Of a stretch of 64,000 nucleotides of DNA, positions 13,121-25,502 are shown piece by piece (the stretch's first letter is position 1; each line of letters begins with the position of its first letter). The position numbers and the translations under genes were made by a program. The stretch is from Macrostomum hystrix (taxonomy: Eukaryota > Animalia > Platyhelminthes). Under the pieces are notes generated by a model. That model did no database searches and was not told where the DNA came from. It worked only from the letters and a program-made list of their open reading frames with translations. The stretch is taken from assembly GCA_950097015.1 (NCBI GenBank), contig CATNEN010000038.1:34658001-34722000 (forward strand), written 5' to 3'.

Positions 13121-13784
13121 CTTAAAATTAAACCCACCTTATTAGTTCTACATTTATATCACGAAGTTTCTTTAAATATATATTTAGAAATTCCTTTGCC
13201 TAGTTAGCTCAGTGAGAGAGACCCTTCCCCCACAAGAGCTCGTTGAGCAAACGAACATAGCTCGCACAGGTTCAGGTGTGTGGCCACTTCATGTATGGCG
13301 CAGAGATAAGGAACTGATGAAAATAATGTGCAACGACCCTGCTGATGAATTACCGATGAGACATTTCCACCGAGATTGAGCGCTGAGAAGTCGGCACGTG
13401 TTGGCAGGCAAGATGAGAACTACTGAGATGGTTTGGGAGGGGGTAGTGTACACACCCCACACACCTTGTGCGGAAGAATTTGCCAGGAGCAAACATAAAT
13501 TCAGCCTTTTCCGTGAGCACACTGTGTGAGCACTGCAGTTATTTTCTCACTTGCGGATCCATTTATTCAGTTTTTTTTCAAGTTTGGAATCGCATCGCAA
13601 GCCGACGGATGTCACCCAGTCAGTTGCAATCGCTTGATTCTGCAGCATTGTCATGTCCATTATTTGCCATGATATGGTTTTAAGTTACTTTATTTTCTCT
13701 GACATTGTTCTGCTACAAAATTTATTCATGCGACAGCCTTAACTATTCCGAGTTCTCATAAACTTCTCATAGTTCCCAAATCCT

Positions 13785-15187
13785 AAGTTCCCTAGTTTGA
13801 GCCCAGTTCCCTAGTTTGAGCCCAGTTTCCTTGTTTGAGCCCAGTTTTCCTTGTTTGAGCCCAGTTTTCCTTGTTTGAGCCCCAGTTCCCTAGTTTGAAC
13901 CCCTGTTCCCTAGTTTGATCCCCAGTTCCCTAGTTTGAATCCCAGTTCCCTAGTTTGAGCCCAGTTCCCTAGTTTGAGCCCCAGTTCCCTAGTTTGAACC
14001 CCTGTTCCCTAGTTTGATCCCCAGTTCCCTAGTTTGAATCCCAGTTCCCTAGTTTGATCCCCAGTTCCCTAGTTTGAGCCCAGTTTCCTTGTTTGAGCCC
14101 AGTTTTCCTTGTTTGAGCCCCAGTTCCCTAGTTTGAACCCCTGTTCCCTAGTTTGATCCCCAGTTCCCTAGTTTGAATCCCAGTTCCCTAGTTTGATCCC
14201 CAGTTCCCTAGTTTGATCCCCAGTTCCCTAGTTTGATCCCCAGCTCCCAAGTAAGAGCCCCAGTTCCCAAGTAAGAGCCTGAGTTCCAAGTAAGAGCCCC
14301 AGTTCCAAGTAAGAGCACCAGTTCCCAAGTAAGAGCCCCAGTTCCCAAGTAAGAGCCCCAGTTCCCAAGTAAGAGCCCCAGTTCCCAAGTAAGAGCCCCA
14401 GTTCCCAAGTAAGAGCCCCAGTTCCCAAGTAAGAGCCTGAGTTCCAAGTAAGAGCCCCAGTTCCCAAGTTTAAACCCCAGTTCCCTAGTTTAAACTCCAG
14501 TTCCCTAGTTTAAACTCCAGTTCACTAGTTTAAACTCCAGTTCCCTAGTTTAAACTCCAGTTCCCTAGTTTGAACCCCTGTTCCCTAGTTTGATCCCCAG
14601 TTCCCTAGTTTGAATCCCAGTTCCCTAGTTTGATCCCCAGTTCCCTAGTTTGAATCCCAGTTCCCTAGTTTGAGCCCAGTTCCCTAGTTTGATCCCCAGT
14701 TCCCTAGTTTGATCCCCAGCTCCCAAGTAAGAGCCCCAGTTCCCAAGTAAGAGCCTGAGTTCCAAGTAAGAGCCCCAGTTCCAAGTAAGAGCACCAGTTC
14801 CCAAGTAAGAGCCCCAGTTCCCAAGTAAGAGCCCCAGTTCCCAAGTAAGAGCCCCAGTTCCCAAGTAAGAGCCCCAGTTCCCAAGTAAGAGCCCCAGTTC
14901 CCAAGTAAGAGCCCCAGTTCCCAAGTAAGAGCCCCAGTTCCCAAGTAAGAGCCCCAGTTCCCAAGTAAGAGCCTGAGTTCCAAGTAAGAGCCCCAGTTCC
15001 CAAGTTTAAACCCCAGTTCCCTAGTTTAAACTCCAGTTCCCTAGTTTAAACTCCAGTTCCCTAGTTTAAACTCCAGTTCCCTAGTTTAAACTCCAGTTCC
15101 CTAGTTTGAACCCCAGTTCCCTATTGGAACCTCAGTTCCCTAGTTCGAACCTCAGTTCCCTAGTTTGAGCCCCAGTTCCTAGTTTGA
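13785..15187. repeat. ~20-bp minisatellite (CCCCAGTTCCCTAGTTTGAN / CCCCAGTTCCCAAGTAAGAG)n with higher-order block duplication
   Basis: Three unit variants in blocks; the block at ~14120-14560 is repeated at ~14560-15100. Confidence 0.95.
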
Positions 15188-15774
15188 GAATTAATCTCTA
15201 GTTCCCCAATGGTCCCTCAATGGTCCTGCAATAACATCATGGAGACTTCGGATTTCCAGCTTCGCAAATATGAAGTCTATCAGGGCAAGGAAAAACCCGA
15301 CTTGAACATCTCTCTTTCCTAAGCGCCCAGGTGACTTTTTATCAGCCCCTCTGGCGGAATTCTCAGCAATCAGATGTTGTTAGATTATCGATGAGTGAGC
15401 AGCGACTTGAGCTGGGACTGCGCCAGCTGTAAATCGAATCAATTGCCCACCTGAAAACGTCACTTCGCATACAGATGGAGGCACCTGAGTCAGCAGCGTG
15501 AGAAAACTGGGGCTAAAAAGGCTCGCCCACTGCACTATGAGTCTTGTCCATCAAGCACAGAAATCGATTTCTATATCGTCTCGTATGCGGCCAAGCTAAA
15601 TTGGTCAAGGAAAAAAGTTTGATCCAGTTGCTGTCCGATCTTGTTTAGATTTCTGAGGTGTGCTTTGGGATCCGACCCAAAAAGCGGTTTCTCTCACACG
15701 TGAGTTCGTCCCACATGGCTCCTAACAATAGATATTCTCTGCATACTACTTCTAATTTTCAAGTAAAATGTGAG

Positions 15775-15852
15775 GTGAGTGGCAGATCGACTCGAGGGTT
15801 AACTTCCAAGGCACAGATGAGCAAGTCAGGGCAGATGTACACACCTGTGTGA
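15775..15852 (+). mobile_element. SINE family 1, internally deleted remnant
   Basis: Fused SINE1 segments GAGTGGCAGA / GAGGGTTAACTTCCAAGGCACAG / AAGTCAGGGCAGATGTACACACCTGTGTG. Confidence 0.7.
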
Positions 15853-16244
15853 ATTTGATTTTCATTTTATGTAATTAAATTTATCGTGAAGCACAAAAAT
15901 GTCAATATTATTGATTTTCTGCTGATTAGGTACATGGCTTTGTTTATAAGCTATTTATATTTAATAAATATATTATCTGCATTATGGAACGTAAATTCGA
16001 AAATAAAAAGCAATATTTAGCGTTTTAGAATCGTTCCATTGCAGATCGCTATTAAATAAATAAACATATTTATTATATTTTATAGTTACTATATAATATT
16101 TTTTAAGCTTTCATACATAAATTAGCAGGTAGTAGTACATACATACATAAATAGTAACTACTATAACCAAACGCAGGCACAGGTTCAAGCAGTACAACAC
16201 TGGAATCGGTGGCCAATTTGAACGGGTCCGACGGCTTCTGCGTG

Positions 16245-16355
16245 TCAGTGGCTACAGCGTCGCCCCAGTCCATGGACTGAACAGCCGTACGCAGCCTTCA
16301 GATGCGCCGCGCAATAGCTGCGGATGTGCTGTCTGTCTGCTGCACATCTGGCCCA
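16245..16355 (+). mobile_element. SINE family 2, 3' segment
   Basis: CCCCAGTCCATGGACTGAACAGCCGTACGCAGCCTTCAGATGCGCCGCGCAATAGCTGCGG is the near reverse complement of 25105-25175. Confidence 0.8.
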
Positions 16356-16494
16356 AATTTTTTTAACGGGTTCAACAGCCCCTTGTTTGGTTAGACTAGC
16401 TGAATAAATCTATAAACAACACGAGCGCGTTTAATATGCTGAAAGTTTACAAGTAAGCTTGCAGCTGGTTATTTTATACTTTTTCTTCTGCGTG

Positions 16495-17250
16495 TACAAA
16501 CCATGGTGTGCAGGACACAAACCATGGCGTGCAGAATACAAACCATGGTGTGCAGGACACAAACCATGGCGTGCAGAATACAAACCATGGCGTGCAGGAC
16601 ACAAACCATGGCGTGCAGAATACAAACCATGGCGTGCAGGACACAAACCATGGCGTGTAGAATACAAACCATGGCGTGCAGGATACAAACCATGGCGTGC
16701 AGGATACAAACCATGGCGTGCAGGATACAAACCATGGCGTGCAGAATACAAACCATGGCGTGCAGGATACAAACCATGGCGTGCAGGATACAAACCATGG
16801 CGTGCAGGATACAAACCATGGCGTGCAGGATACAACCATGGCGTGCAGGATAAAAACCATGGCGTGCAGGATACAAACCATAGCGTGCAGAATACAAACC
16901 ATGGCGTGCAGGATACAACCATGGCGTGCAGAATAAAAACCATGGCGTGCAGGATACAAACCATGGCGTGCAGGATACAAACCATGGCGTGCAGGATAAA
17001 AACCATGGCGTGCAGAATACAAACCATGGCGTGCAGGATACAAACCATGGCGTGCAGGATACAACCATGGCGTGCAGGATAAAAACCATGGCGTGCAGGA
17101 TACAAACCATGCCGTGCAGAATACAAACCATGGCATGCAGGATACAACCATGGCGTGCAGGATAAAAACCATGGCGTGCAGGATACAAACCATGGCGTGC
17201 AGGATACAACCATGGCGTGCAGGATACAAACCATGGCGTGCAGGATACAA
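16495..17250. repeat. 21-bp minisatellite (ACAAACCATGGCGTGCAGGAT)n
   Basis: About 36 units; source of many spurious ORFs. Confidence 0.97.
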
Positions 17251-17429
17251 CAATGTCGTGCAGAAGTTTTACAACGACGTTCAGGCTGTGTGCAACTTCT
17301 ACCCCAGCTGAAAGTTGATTTATTTATTTTCTTAATTCAATAAATAAAATATAGAATTGAAGAATATCACTTCCCAGCTTCAATGTTGCAATGATTGATA
17401 TGGAAACTAATAATTAATAACACCTGCCT

Positions 17430-17632
17430 CAGTTAGGCCAGATGCAGCTAGCATCTGGCAGCTATTGCCAGACGGCTGTTTAGTCCAGCTGGCAGCTGGG
17501 TGAACTGAAGCAATGCAACGAATTTAAGTGTCTTGCTAAAGAACACAAGTCGTTCTAATAAAATCGGGAATCGAACCGCCAACCTTCGTTCGAGTCTTGA
17601 GTCCGACGCTCTAACAACTTGGCTGCAACCCC
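17430..17632 (-). mobile_element. SINE family 2 copy (tRNA head and central domain)
   Basis: Minus strand reads GGTTGCAGCCAAGTTGTTAGAGCG...GGTTCGATTCCCG (A/B boxes) then GTGTTCTTTAGCAAGACACTTAA; matches 25200-25353. Confidence 0.8.
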
Positions 17633-18186
17633 TGATGTGTTTCAATGATTCGAGAATCCGTCCTGACCCATGACACGACAACGCACATTTCAGAGATTTA
17701 CCTGGCTGTCCTGACAGGCTAAATGCTAGAGTCACGGCATCGGTACTCACGGTGCTTCCTGGTTTGAGTCGCAATTTCCCGATTCCCTCCAGAAGCCGAC
17801 TGTTGTTACGCAGAGCAGGCGAGGAGCTAAACATCGAGGGTAATGAGTCTCGCCGGCCTGTCAGATCGGAGACCTCGGCGAGAACAAGAAAAACTCAAAT
17901 TAGTCATCCTTAGCTAGTCTCATCCGCTCCACTCATTCACGTGAGCCGGAGGTAGGTTAGGAAAAAGCAAAGATTGGACAGGAAATTGCCACACAAGAAA
18001 CAAATGAGGCTCGGGGAAGTCACCCGATGTTTTTAAAAAGGCCGAAAAAAAAGCTTTTTTGTAAGTGTGCGCGGCTGTGATTCATCAGACTATTTGACCA
18101 GCTTGCTACCGCGTCCAACCAAGACTCAACTTCACTTTGGAATTTCACTTTGACTGCTTGACAAAGAACAGCGCTGATTTACCTAA

Positions 18187-21100
18187 ATGTACGGCCTAAT
18201 ACTCGAAGGTATCCATGCCTTCATCACTAGCAAGTTCTCCGAGGAGGTCTGGGAGCAGGTGCTGGCTCGAGCTAAATCGGACACGCGAACGTTTCGCACG
18301 CGAGAGGTGTACAGCGATGGCCTCATATCGTTGATTGTAGACTCTGCTAGCGAGGTACGTATATTATATGCACATCAAATGCATCCGCATATTCGGTTCG
18401 GAGCTCGATTCCGCGGCGAGGCCACATTCATTTGGGGCACAGCTGCGGAGAGAAGGCTTGGGGGCTTGTCGTGCAATTAACGCCCTTGAGGGCCAACCTC
18501 CAAGGCACAGTGAGAGTGTACACTGCCTGACGATGAGAAAGTCAGGACAGCTGTACACACCTATGTGACGATACGCCTGTGTGTGCGTGTGTGCTCAGGA
18601 GTCAGCGAAATAGACAGAATTACCTTCTCACTGGCTGCGGGTCTAGTGTCACCGAATGATGTGCCATTGCCCGCAGCCCTCACGCAATCGTTATTTTTAT
18701 TTATTACGCATCCGCGTTTGGACCAATGAGCAGTTACCGAATGTTGAGGATCCCTCTGCCATTATGCCCAGATCCTGCGCATGTCCACCGATGAAATCAT
18801 GTTCGAAAATGGCGTCTTCTTCATCACCTTCCTGTCCAACTTTGGCTACGATTCGATTCTGCGCGTTCTGGGCCGCGATTTGCGCGACTTTCTGAACGGC
18901 CTTGATAACCTTCACGAGTACCTGCGCTTCACCTACTTGAAGATGAGGCCACCGTCGTTCTTCTGCGTCAACGAGTCCAAGACGGGCATCACGCTGCAGT
19001 ATCGATCGAAGAGACGCGGCTTTCATCACTACGTTCGCGGCCAGATCACGGAGATCGCCCGTCTGTTCTACAAGACCAGCATGAGAATCGAGATCGTCAG
19101 CAAGACGTCAGAATCCTCCGGAGTCATCAACTGCATCTTCCGGCTGCATTTTAATAATGTCAGGTGAGGTATTTCCTGTATTTTTATTATCCCATGTCTT
19201 TGTGTGGCACCAGAAAAGTACTTTTGGAATATGGATCAGATTGAATGCACTTTTTACATCAGTCTATCTCTACCAAGTAGATCAGGTACCATGTAGACCT
19301 GTCAACAGCTGTGAAAATCGTTAAGAACTGTGCAACTACACTACTAATAGTAGAGATGTTAAAATATTCAAATATACTTATGGTTGAAACAGGTTCAAGG
19401 CTGACGAGGACGACACTCTCCAAGTGCCATCGGAAGTCTTCTTCGAGGTGTTCCCGTTCAACATTGTCTTCAACCGCGGCATGCGGGTGTTGAACATCGG
19501 GCGCGGGCTATTCAACACCTTGCCAACACTAGTCGACACGCTCATCAATGAGCACTTTCTGCTAATCCGGCCCATGATTGAGTTCTCCTGGGATGCTGTG
19601 AGTTGATTCATTGTTGAATGGAATAGAATGGATTGCTAGTCTATCCCATGCTGGTGAAGGAATAGAATAGATTGCTAGTCTATCCCATGCTGGTGAAGGA
19701 ATAGAATGGATTGCTAGTCTATCCCATGCTGGTGAAGGAATAGAATGGATTGCTAGTCTATCCCATGCTGGTGAAGGAATAGAATGGATTGCTAGTCTAT
19801 CCCATGCTGGTGAAGGAATAGAATGGATTGCTAGTCTATCCCATGCTGGTGAAGGAATAGAATGGATTGCTAGTCTATCCCATGCTGGTGAAGGAATAGA
19901 ATGGATTGCTAGTCTATCCCATGCTGGTGAAGGAATAGAATGGATTGCTAGTCTATCCCATGCTGGTGAAGGAATAGAATGGATTGCTAGTCTATCCCAT
20001 GCTGGTGAAGGAATAGAATGGATTGCTAGTCTATCCCATGTGGTTGAAGGAATAGAATGGATTGCTAGTCCATGCCACGCGGGTGAACGAACAGAATGGA
20101 TTGCTATAAATGTGTCGTTAAAAAAATCAGTTTTTACTTATCAAAGGAGCTGTCACACAATTCTCATCAGGTGATCATCCACACGAACAATGTCTTCGAG
20201 TTGGTCTCAATGCAGAATAAAACAGCTGATGGACAGAACTTCAAAGACAGTGCGTCCACCCTAAATACTTTGAGTAAATTAAAACTACGTAAACTTTATT
20301 TCAAAGCCGAACTACTCTGCACTTTATCTAGAACGAAAGAAAGCCTCCAGCAGTGCTGACAACGGCCTCCGACTCAAAGGCCAGATGAAGTATATGCCAG
20401 CCTGGGATGCTATAGTCTTCTTAGGCACACCTGTGTATGTCTGTGCTCATTGCTGGAAACTTTGATTGATCGATAGAAATCACATCTAGCTTATATATAT
20501 ATATCCTTTTAACTTTCAGCCTTCGCGACGTAGAGAGCATGTACTCTGTGGGCCTGTACATTAACGACCTGTCCATGCACGACTCGAGCCGCGACCTCAT
20601 CCTGGCAGGAGAGCAGCAATCGGCTGAGCTCAAACTAGCACTGGAGCAGGTGCTCAAAATAGATTTCCGCATAATTGCGCTTTTACTATTGCTTAACTCA
20701 CTACATAGTTATCACACCATCTCAATCATTAGATCCCACATCCTCAATCATTAGATCCCACATCCTCAATAATTAGATCCCACGTCCTCAATCAATAGAT
20801 CCCACATCCTCAATCATTAGATCCTACATCCTCAATCATTAGATCCTACATCCACAATCATTAGATCCCACATCCTCAATCAATAGATCCCACGTCCTCA
20901 ATCATTAGATCCTACATCCTCAATCATTAGATCCCACATCCTCAATCATTAGATCCTACATCCTCAATCATTAGATCCTACATCCACAATCATTAGATCC
21001 CACATCCTCAATCATTAGATCGCACATCCTCAATCATTAGATCCCACATCCTCAATCATTAGATCCCACATCCTCAATCATTAGATCCCACATCCTCAAT

Positions 21101-24100
21101 CATTAGATCCTAAATCCTCAATCATTAGATCCTACATCCTCAATCATTAGATCCTACATCCTCAATCATTAGATCCTACATCCTCAATCATTAGATCCTA
21201 CATCCTCAATCATTAGATCCTACATCCTCAATCATTAGATCCTACATCCTCAATCATTTGATCCCACATCCTCAATCATTGGATCCCACATCCTCAATCC
21301 ATAAATCCCAAATCCTCAATCCATAAATCCCAAATCCTCAATCCATACATCCCAAATCCTCAATCCATAAATCCCAAATCCTCAATCCATAAATCCTACA
21401 TCCTCAATCATCAGATCGCACATCCTCAATCATTAGATCCTACATCCTCAATCATTAGATCCTACATCCTCAATAATTAGATCCCACATCCTCAATCATC
21501 AGATCGCACATCCTCAATCCATAAATCCCAATTCCTCAATCCATAAATCCCAAATCCTCAATCCATAAATCCCAAATCCTCAATCCATACATCCCAAATC
21601 CTCAATCCATAAATCCCAAATCCTCAATCCATAAATCCTACATCCTCAATCATCAGATCGCACATCCTCAATCATTAGATCCTACATCCTCAATCATTAG
21701 ATCCTACATCCTCAATCATTAGATCCCACATCCTCAATCATTAGATCCTACATCCTCAATCATTAGATCCTACATCCTCAATCATTAGATCCCACATCCT
21801 CAATCATCAGATCGCACATCCTCAATCCATAAATCCCAAATCCTCAATCCATAAATCCCAAATCCTCAATCCATAAATCCCAAATCCTCAATCCATAAAT
21901 CCCAAATCCTCAATCCATACATCCCAAATCCTCAATCCATAAATCCCAAATCCTCAATCCATAAATCCTACATCCTCAATCATCAGATCGCACATCCTCA
22001 ATCATTAGATCCTACATCCTCAATCATTAGATCCTACATCCTCAATCATTAGATCCTACATCCTCAATCATTAGATCCCACATCCTCAATCATCAGATCG
22101 CACATCCTCAATCATTAGATCCCACATCCTCAATCATTAGATCCCACATCCTCAATCCATAAATCCCAAATCCTCAATCCATAAATCCCAAATCCTCAAT
22201 CCATAAATCCCAAATCCTCAATCCATAAATCCTACATCCTCAATCATCAGATCGCACATCCTCAATCATTAGATCCTACATCCTCAATCATTAGATCCTA
22301 CATCCTCAATCATTAGATCCTACATCCTCAATCATTAGATCCCACATCCTCAATCATCAGATCGCACATCCTCAATCATTAGATCCCACATCCTCAATCC
22401 ATAAATCCCAAATCCTCAATCCATAAATCCCAAATCCTCAATCCATAAATCCCAAATCCTCAATTCATAAATCCTACATCCTCAATCCGCCTCAAATCCC
22501 ACACATCGCCATTCAGGAGCAGGAGAAGAGTGCAAAGCTTTCTGAGAGCATGAAACGCCTGGACGATGAGAAAAAGAAAACAGACGAGCTGCTCTACCAG
22601 ATGATCCCCAAGACGGTGGCCGATCGACTTCGGCGTGGCGACTCCGCTGTTAGCACCTGCGAGACCTTCGACGAAGTGACGATTCTGTTTAGCGACATCT
22701 GCGGCTTCACCAACATCTGCGGCGCCATAACTCCGCTGGACGTTGTCAACATGCTCAACAATATGTACAGCGTCTTCGACAAGCTCACTGAGCAGAACTG
22801 CGTCTACAAGGTACCCAGGATCGATTTCCAACCTGTTAGACAAGAAACCCAACCTGTTAGACAAGAAACCCAACCTGCTAGACAACAAAACCCAACCTGT
22901 TAGACAAGATACCCAACCTGTTAGAACAGGACAACAACCTGTTAGATAAGCAACCCAGCCTGTTAGACAAGCAACCCAACCTGTTAGACAAGCAACCCAA
23001 CCTGTTAGACAAGCAACCCAACCTGTTAGACAAGCAACCCAACCTGTTAGACAATCATCATCAGGCTAGAATAAATTTTTCCTGCTGTCCCACTAATCAA
23101 TCAGGTTGAAACAGTTGGCGACGCCTACATGATTGTGTCCGGAGCTCCAGTTAAAACCGAGCACCACGCAGCGCTGATGTCCGAGATGGCGCAGGATATG
23201 GTGAAGGCAATCGCCACCTGCAAGGATCCGTCCGGTATTAATCCCCACCTGATGATGCGAATCGGTGAGCAATTACACGGCCATTAACTAATGAGACTCT
23301 TGAATCATATACCTACTAAAACGGCCCTTTTTAGGACTTCACACTGGCATGGTTGTTGCCGGGGTGGTCGGTATGAAAATGCCTCGCTATTGCTTATTTG
23401 GCGACACTGTCAACACGGCCAATAAAATGGAGTCTAGTGGACAGGTACGAGTTTTTTAATTAGACTTTTTGTATCTGCTATTTTGTTCAAACAAAATATG
23501 TTCAATCTTTAGCCACAGCGAGTTCACATAAGCGCCACAACCAAAGAGAAGCTAGACCGCTACAATGCTTATGAGATCAGCGATGGAAGCGAGATGGTAC
23601 TGCCGGTGAGAGAGCGACTAAAGTCTGTTCTGTCTGTTATGTAATCCTGTCTGTTCTGTCTTTCTGTCTGTTATGTAATCCTGTCTGTTCTGTCTTTCTG
23701 TCTGTTATGTAATCCTGTCTGTTCTGTCTTGCTGTCTGTTATGTAATCCTGTCTTTTCTGTCTTTCAGTCTGTTATGTAATCCTGTCTTTTCTGTCTTTC
23801 AGTCTGTAATGTAATCCTGTCTGTTCTGTCTTTCAGTCTGTTATGTAATCCTGTCTGTTCTGTCTTTCTGTCTGTTATGTAATCCTGTCTGTTCTGTCTT
23901 TCTGTCTGTTATGTAATCCTGTCTGTTCTGTCTTGCTGTCTGTTATGTAATCCTGTCTGTTCTGTCTTTCTGTCTGTTATGTAATCCTGTCTGTTCTGTC
24001 TTTCTGTCTGTTATGTAATCCTGTCTGTTCTGTCTTGCTGTCTGTTATGTAATCCTGTCTTTTCTGTCTTTCAGTCTGTTATGTAATCCTGTCTTTTCTG

Positions 24101-24907
24101 TCTTTCAGTCTGTTATGTAATCCTGTCTTTTCTGTCTTTCAGTCTGTAATGTAATCCTGTCTGTTCTGTCTTTCAGTCTGTTATGTAATCCTGTCTGTTC
24201 TGTCTTTCTGTCTGTTATGTAATCCTGTCTGTTCTGTCTTTCTGTCTGTTATGTAATCCTGTCTGTTCTGTCTTTCAGTCTGTAATGTAATCTTGTCTTT
24301 GTCTGTTCTGTCATCCAGTCTGTGATGTCATCCAGTCTGTGATGTCATCCAGTCTGTTGCGTCAGCCTGTTTGTTCTTTCAATTTTTCTGTTCCGTCAGC
24401 CTGTCTGTTCTGACAGTCTGTCAGTTCTATCCCTCAATCTGTCAATCCCTTAGTCTGTCAGTTCTGTACTTCAGTCTGTCAGTTCTGTACTTCAGTCTGT
24501 CAGTTCTGTACTTCAGTCTGTCAGTTCTGTACATCAGTCTGTCAGTTCTGTACTTCAGTCTGTCAGTTCTGTACTTCAGTCTGTCAGTTCTGTACTTCAG
24601 TCTGTCAGTTCTGTCCGTCAGTCAAACAGCCCAGATCTGATCTCCAAACTCTTCATAGAACAAGAAGACTTTCAAAACCTACTTCCTGGACGGCAAGAAG
24701 CGGAACCCTCAGGAGGTTCGCTCGCTGATGTCGGTGCTGACTCTGGAGCGGTCGAAGCTGCAGGACGGCCTGTCCTCAGACCAGCGGGGCGGCAGCGAAA
24801 GCTGGCAGGATCGAGCCAGCTCAGCCTCTCGCTCGGCTTCGCGCTCCTCGCATCGTCAGCACCGGCAGGAGATCGCAGCGGCGCTGAACGGCCAGTCGCA
24901 TCATTGA
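18187..24907 (+). CDS. Gyc88E: Atypical soluble guanylyl cyclase (Gyc-88E-like beta subunit; H-NOX, PAS/HNOBA, coiled coil, cyclase), 11 exons
   Basis: MYGLILE start, proximal His (LDNLHEY), YRSKR heme motif, [54 protein letters not shown]. Exons 18187-18354, 18772-19163, 19393-19597, 20171-~20288 (three phase-1 donors possible), 20332-20434, 20520-20649, 22517-22810, 23105-23264, 23335-23444, 23513-23605, 24659-24907; all GT-AG and phase-consistent. Confidence 0.93.
18395..18705 (+). mobile_element. SINE family 1 copy in cyclase intron 1
   Basis: Colinear with 25915-26230 from the B box onward. Confidence 0.9.
19615..20105. repeat. 39-bp minisatellite (GAATAGAATGGATTGCTAGTCTATCCCATGCTGGTGAAG)n in cyclase intron 3
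   Basis: About 12 units. Confidence 0.97.
20718..22500. repeat. 22-bp minisatellite (ATCCTCAATCATTAGATCCYAC / ATCCTCAATCCATAAATCCCAA)n in cyclase intron 6
   Basis: About 80 units in two variant blocks, running up to the acceptor at 22516. Confidence 0.97.
22828..23055. repeat. 21-bp minisatellite (CAACCTGTTAGACAAGCAACC)n in cyclase intron 7
   Basis: About 10 units. Confidence 0.93.
23622..24615. repeat. ~34-bp (TCTGTTATGTAATCCTGTCTGTTCTGTCTTTCTG)n and 21-bp (CAGTCTGTCAGTTCTGTACTT)n arrays in cyclase intron 10
   Basis: Read directly. Confidence 0.93.
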
Positions 24908-24959
24908 GTCGATTATGGACGTCGAAGCGATGGTCAAAGAATTTCGAACACTTTTTGTA

Positions 24960-24996
24960 GTAGAATAATAATAATAATAATAATAATATTAATAAT

Positions 24997-25034
<38 letters not shown>

Positions 25035-25353
25035 TAATAATAATAATTATAAAAAAAATAATAATTGATTCCACCTGCACCAATTGGGCCAGATGGCAGC
25101 CGACAGCACAGCCGCAGCTATTGCGCGGCGCATCTGAAGGCTGCGTACGGCTGTTCAGTTCATGGACTGGGGGACGCCACACCTACCCTCAATTATCCCA
25201 GCTATTGCTGGTACATATTTAACAGCTGGATGAATTAAAATAAGGCAGAGTTCAGTGTCCTGCTAAAGGACACAAATTGTTCCTGTGGAGTCGGGAATCG
25301 AACCCCCGACCTTCATATCGTGAGTAAGACGCTCTAGCCACAAGGCTACAACC
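24960..25353 (-). mobile_element. SINE family 2, full-length tRNA-derived copy with CORE-like central domain and (TTA)n tail
   Basis: Minus strand GGTTGTAGCCTTGTGGCTAGAGCG (A box)...GGTTCGATTCCCG (B box), then GTGTCCTTTAGCAGGACACTGAAC...CATCCAGCTGTTAAATATGTACC; the plus-strand (TAA)n at 24960-25065 is its tail. Confidence 0.82.
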
Positions 25354-25411
25354 TCTACCTGTACACTTCTGGTTAGCCTTGTAGCCTCTACCTGCAACCT
25401 CTAGTAGAAGA

Positions 25412-25502
25412 AGGTTGCGGGTGGGTGTGGCGTCCCTCCCAGTCCATGGACTGAACAGACGCAGCCTTCAGATGCGCCGCGAAATCTGTGACTGCGGGCT
25501 GG
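25412..25502 (+). mobile_element. SINE family 2, 3' segment inverted relative to the adjacent copy
   Basis: GGTGTGGCGTCCCTCCCAGTCCATGGACTGAACAGACGCAGCCTTCAGATGCGCCGCG is complementary to 25120-25185. Confidence 0.8.

Noticed and set aside
14188-17343. Many repetitive ORFs (WELGLLLG, YKPWRAG, CILHAMV etc.)
   Set aside because: Translations of minisatellites, open in several frames on both strands
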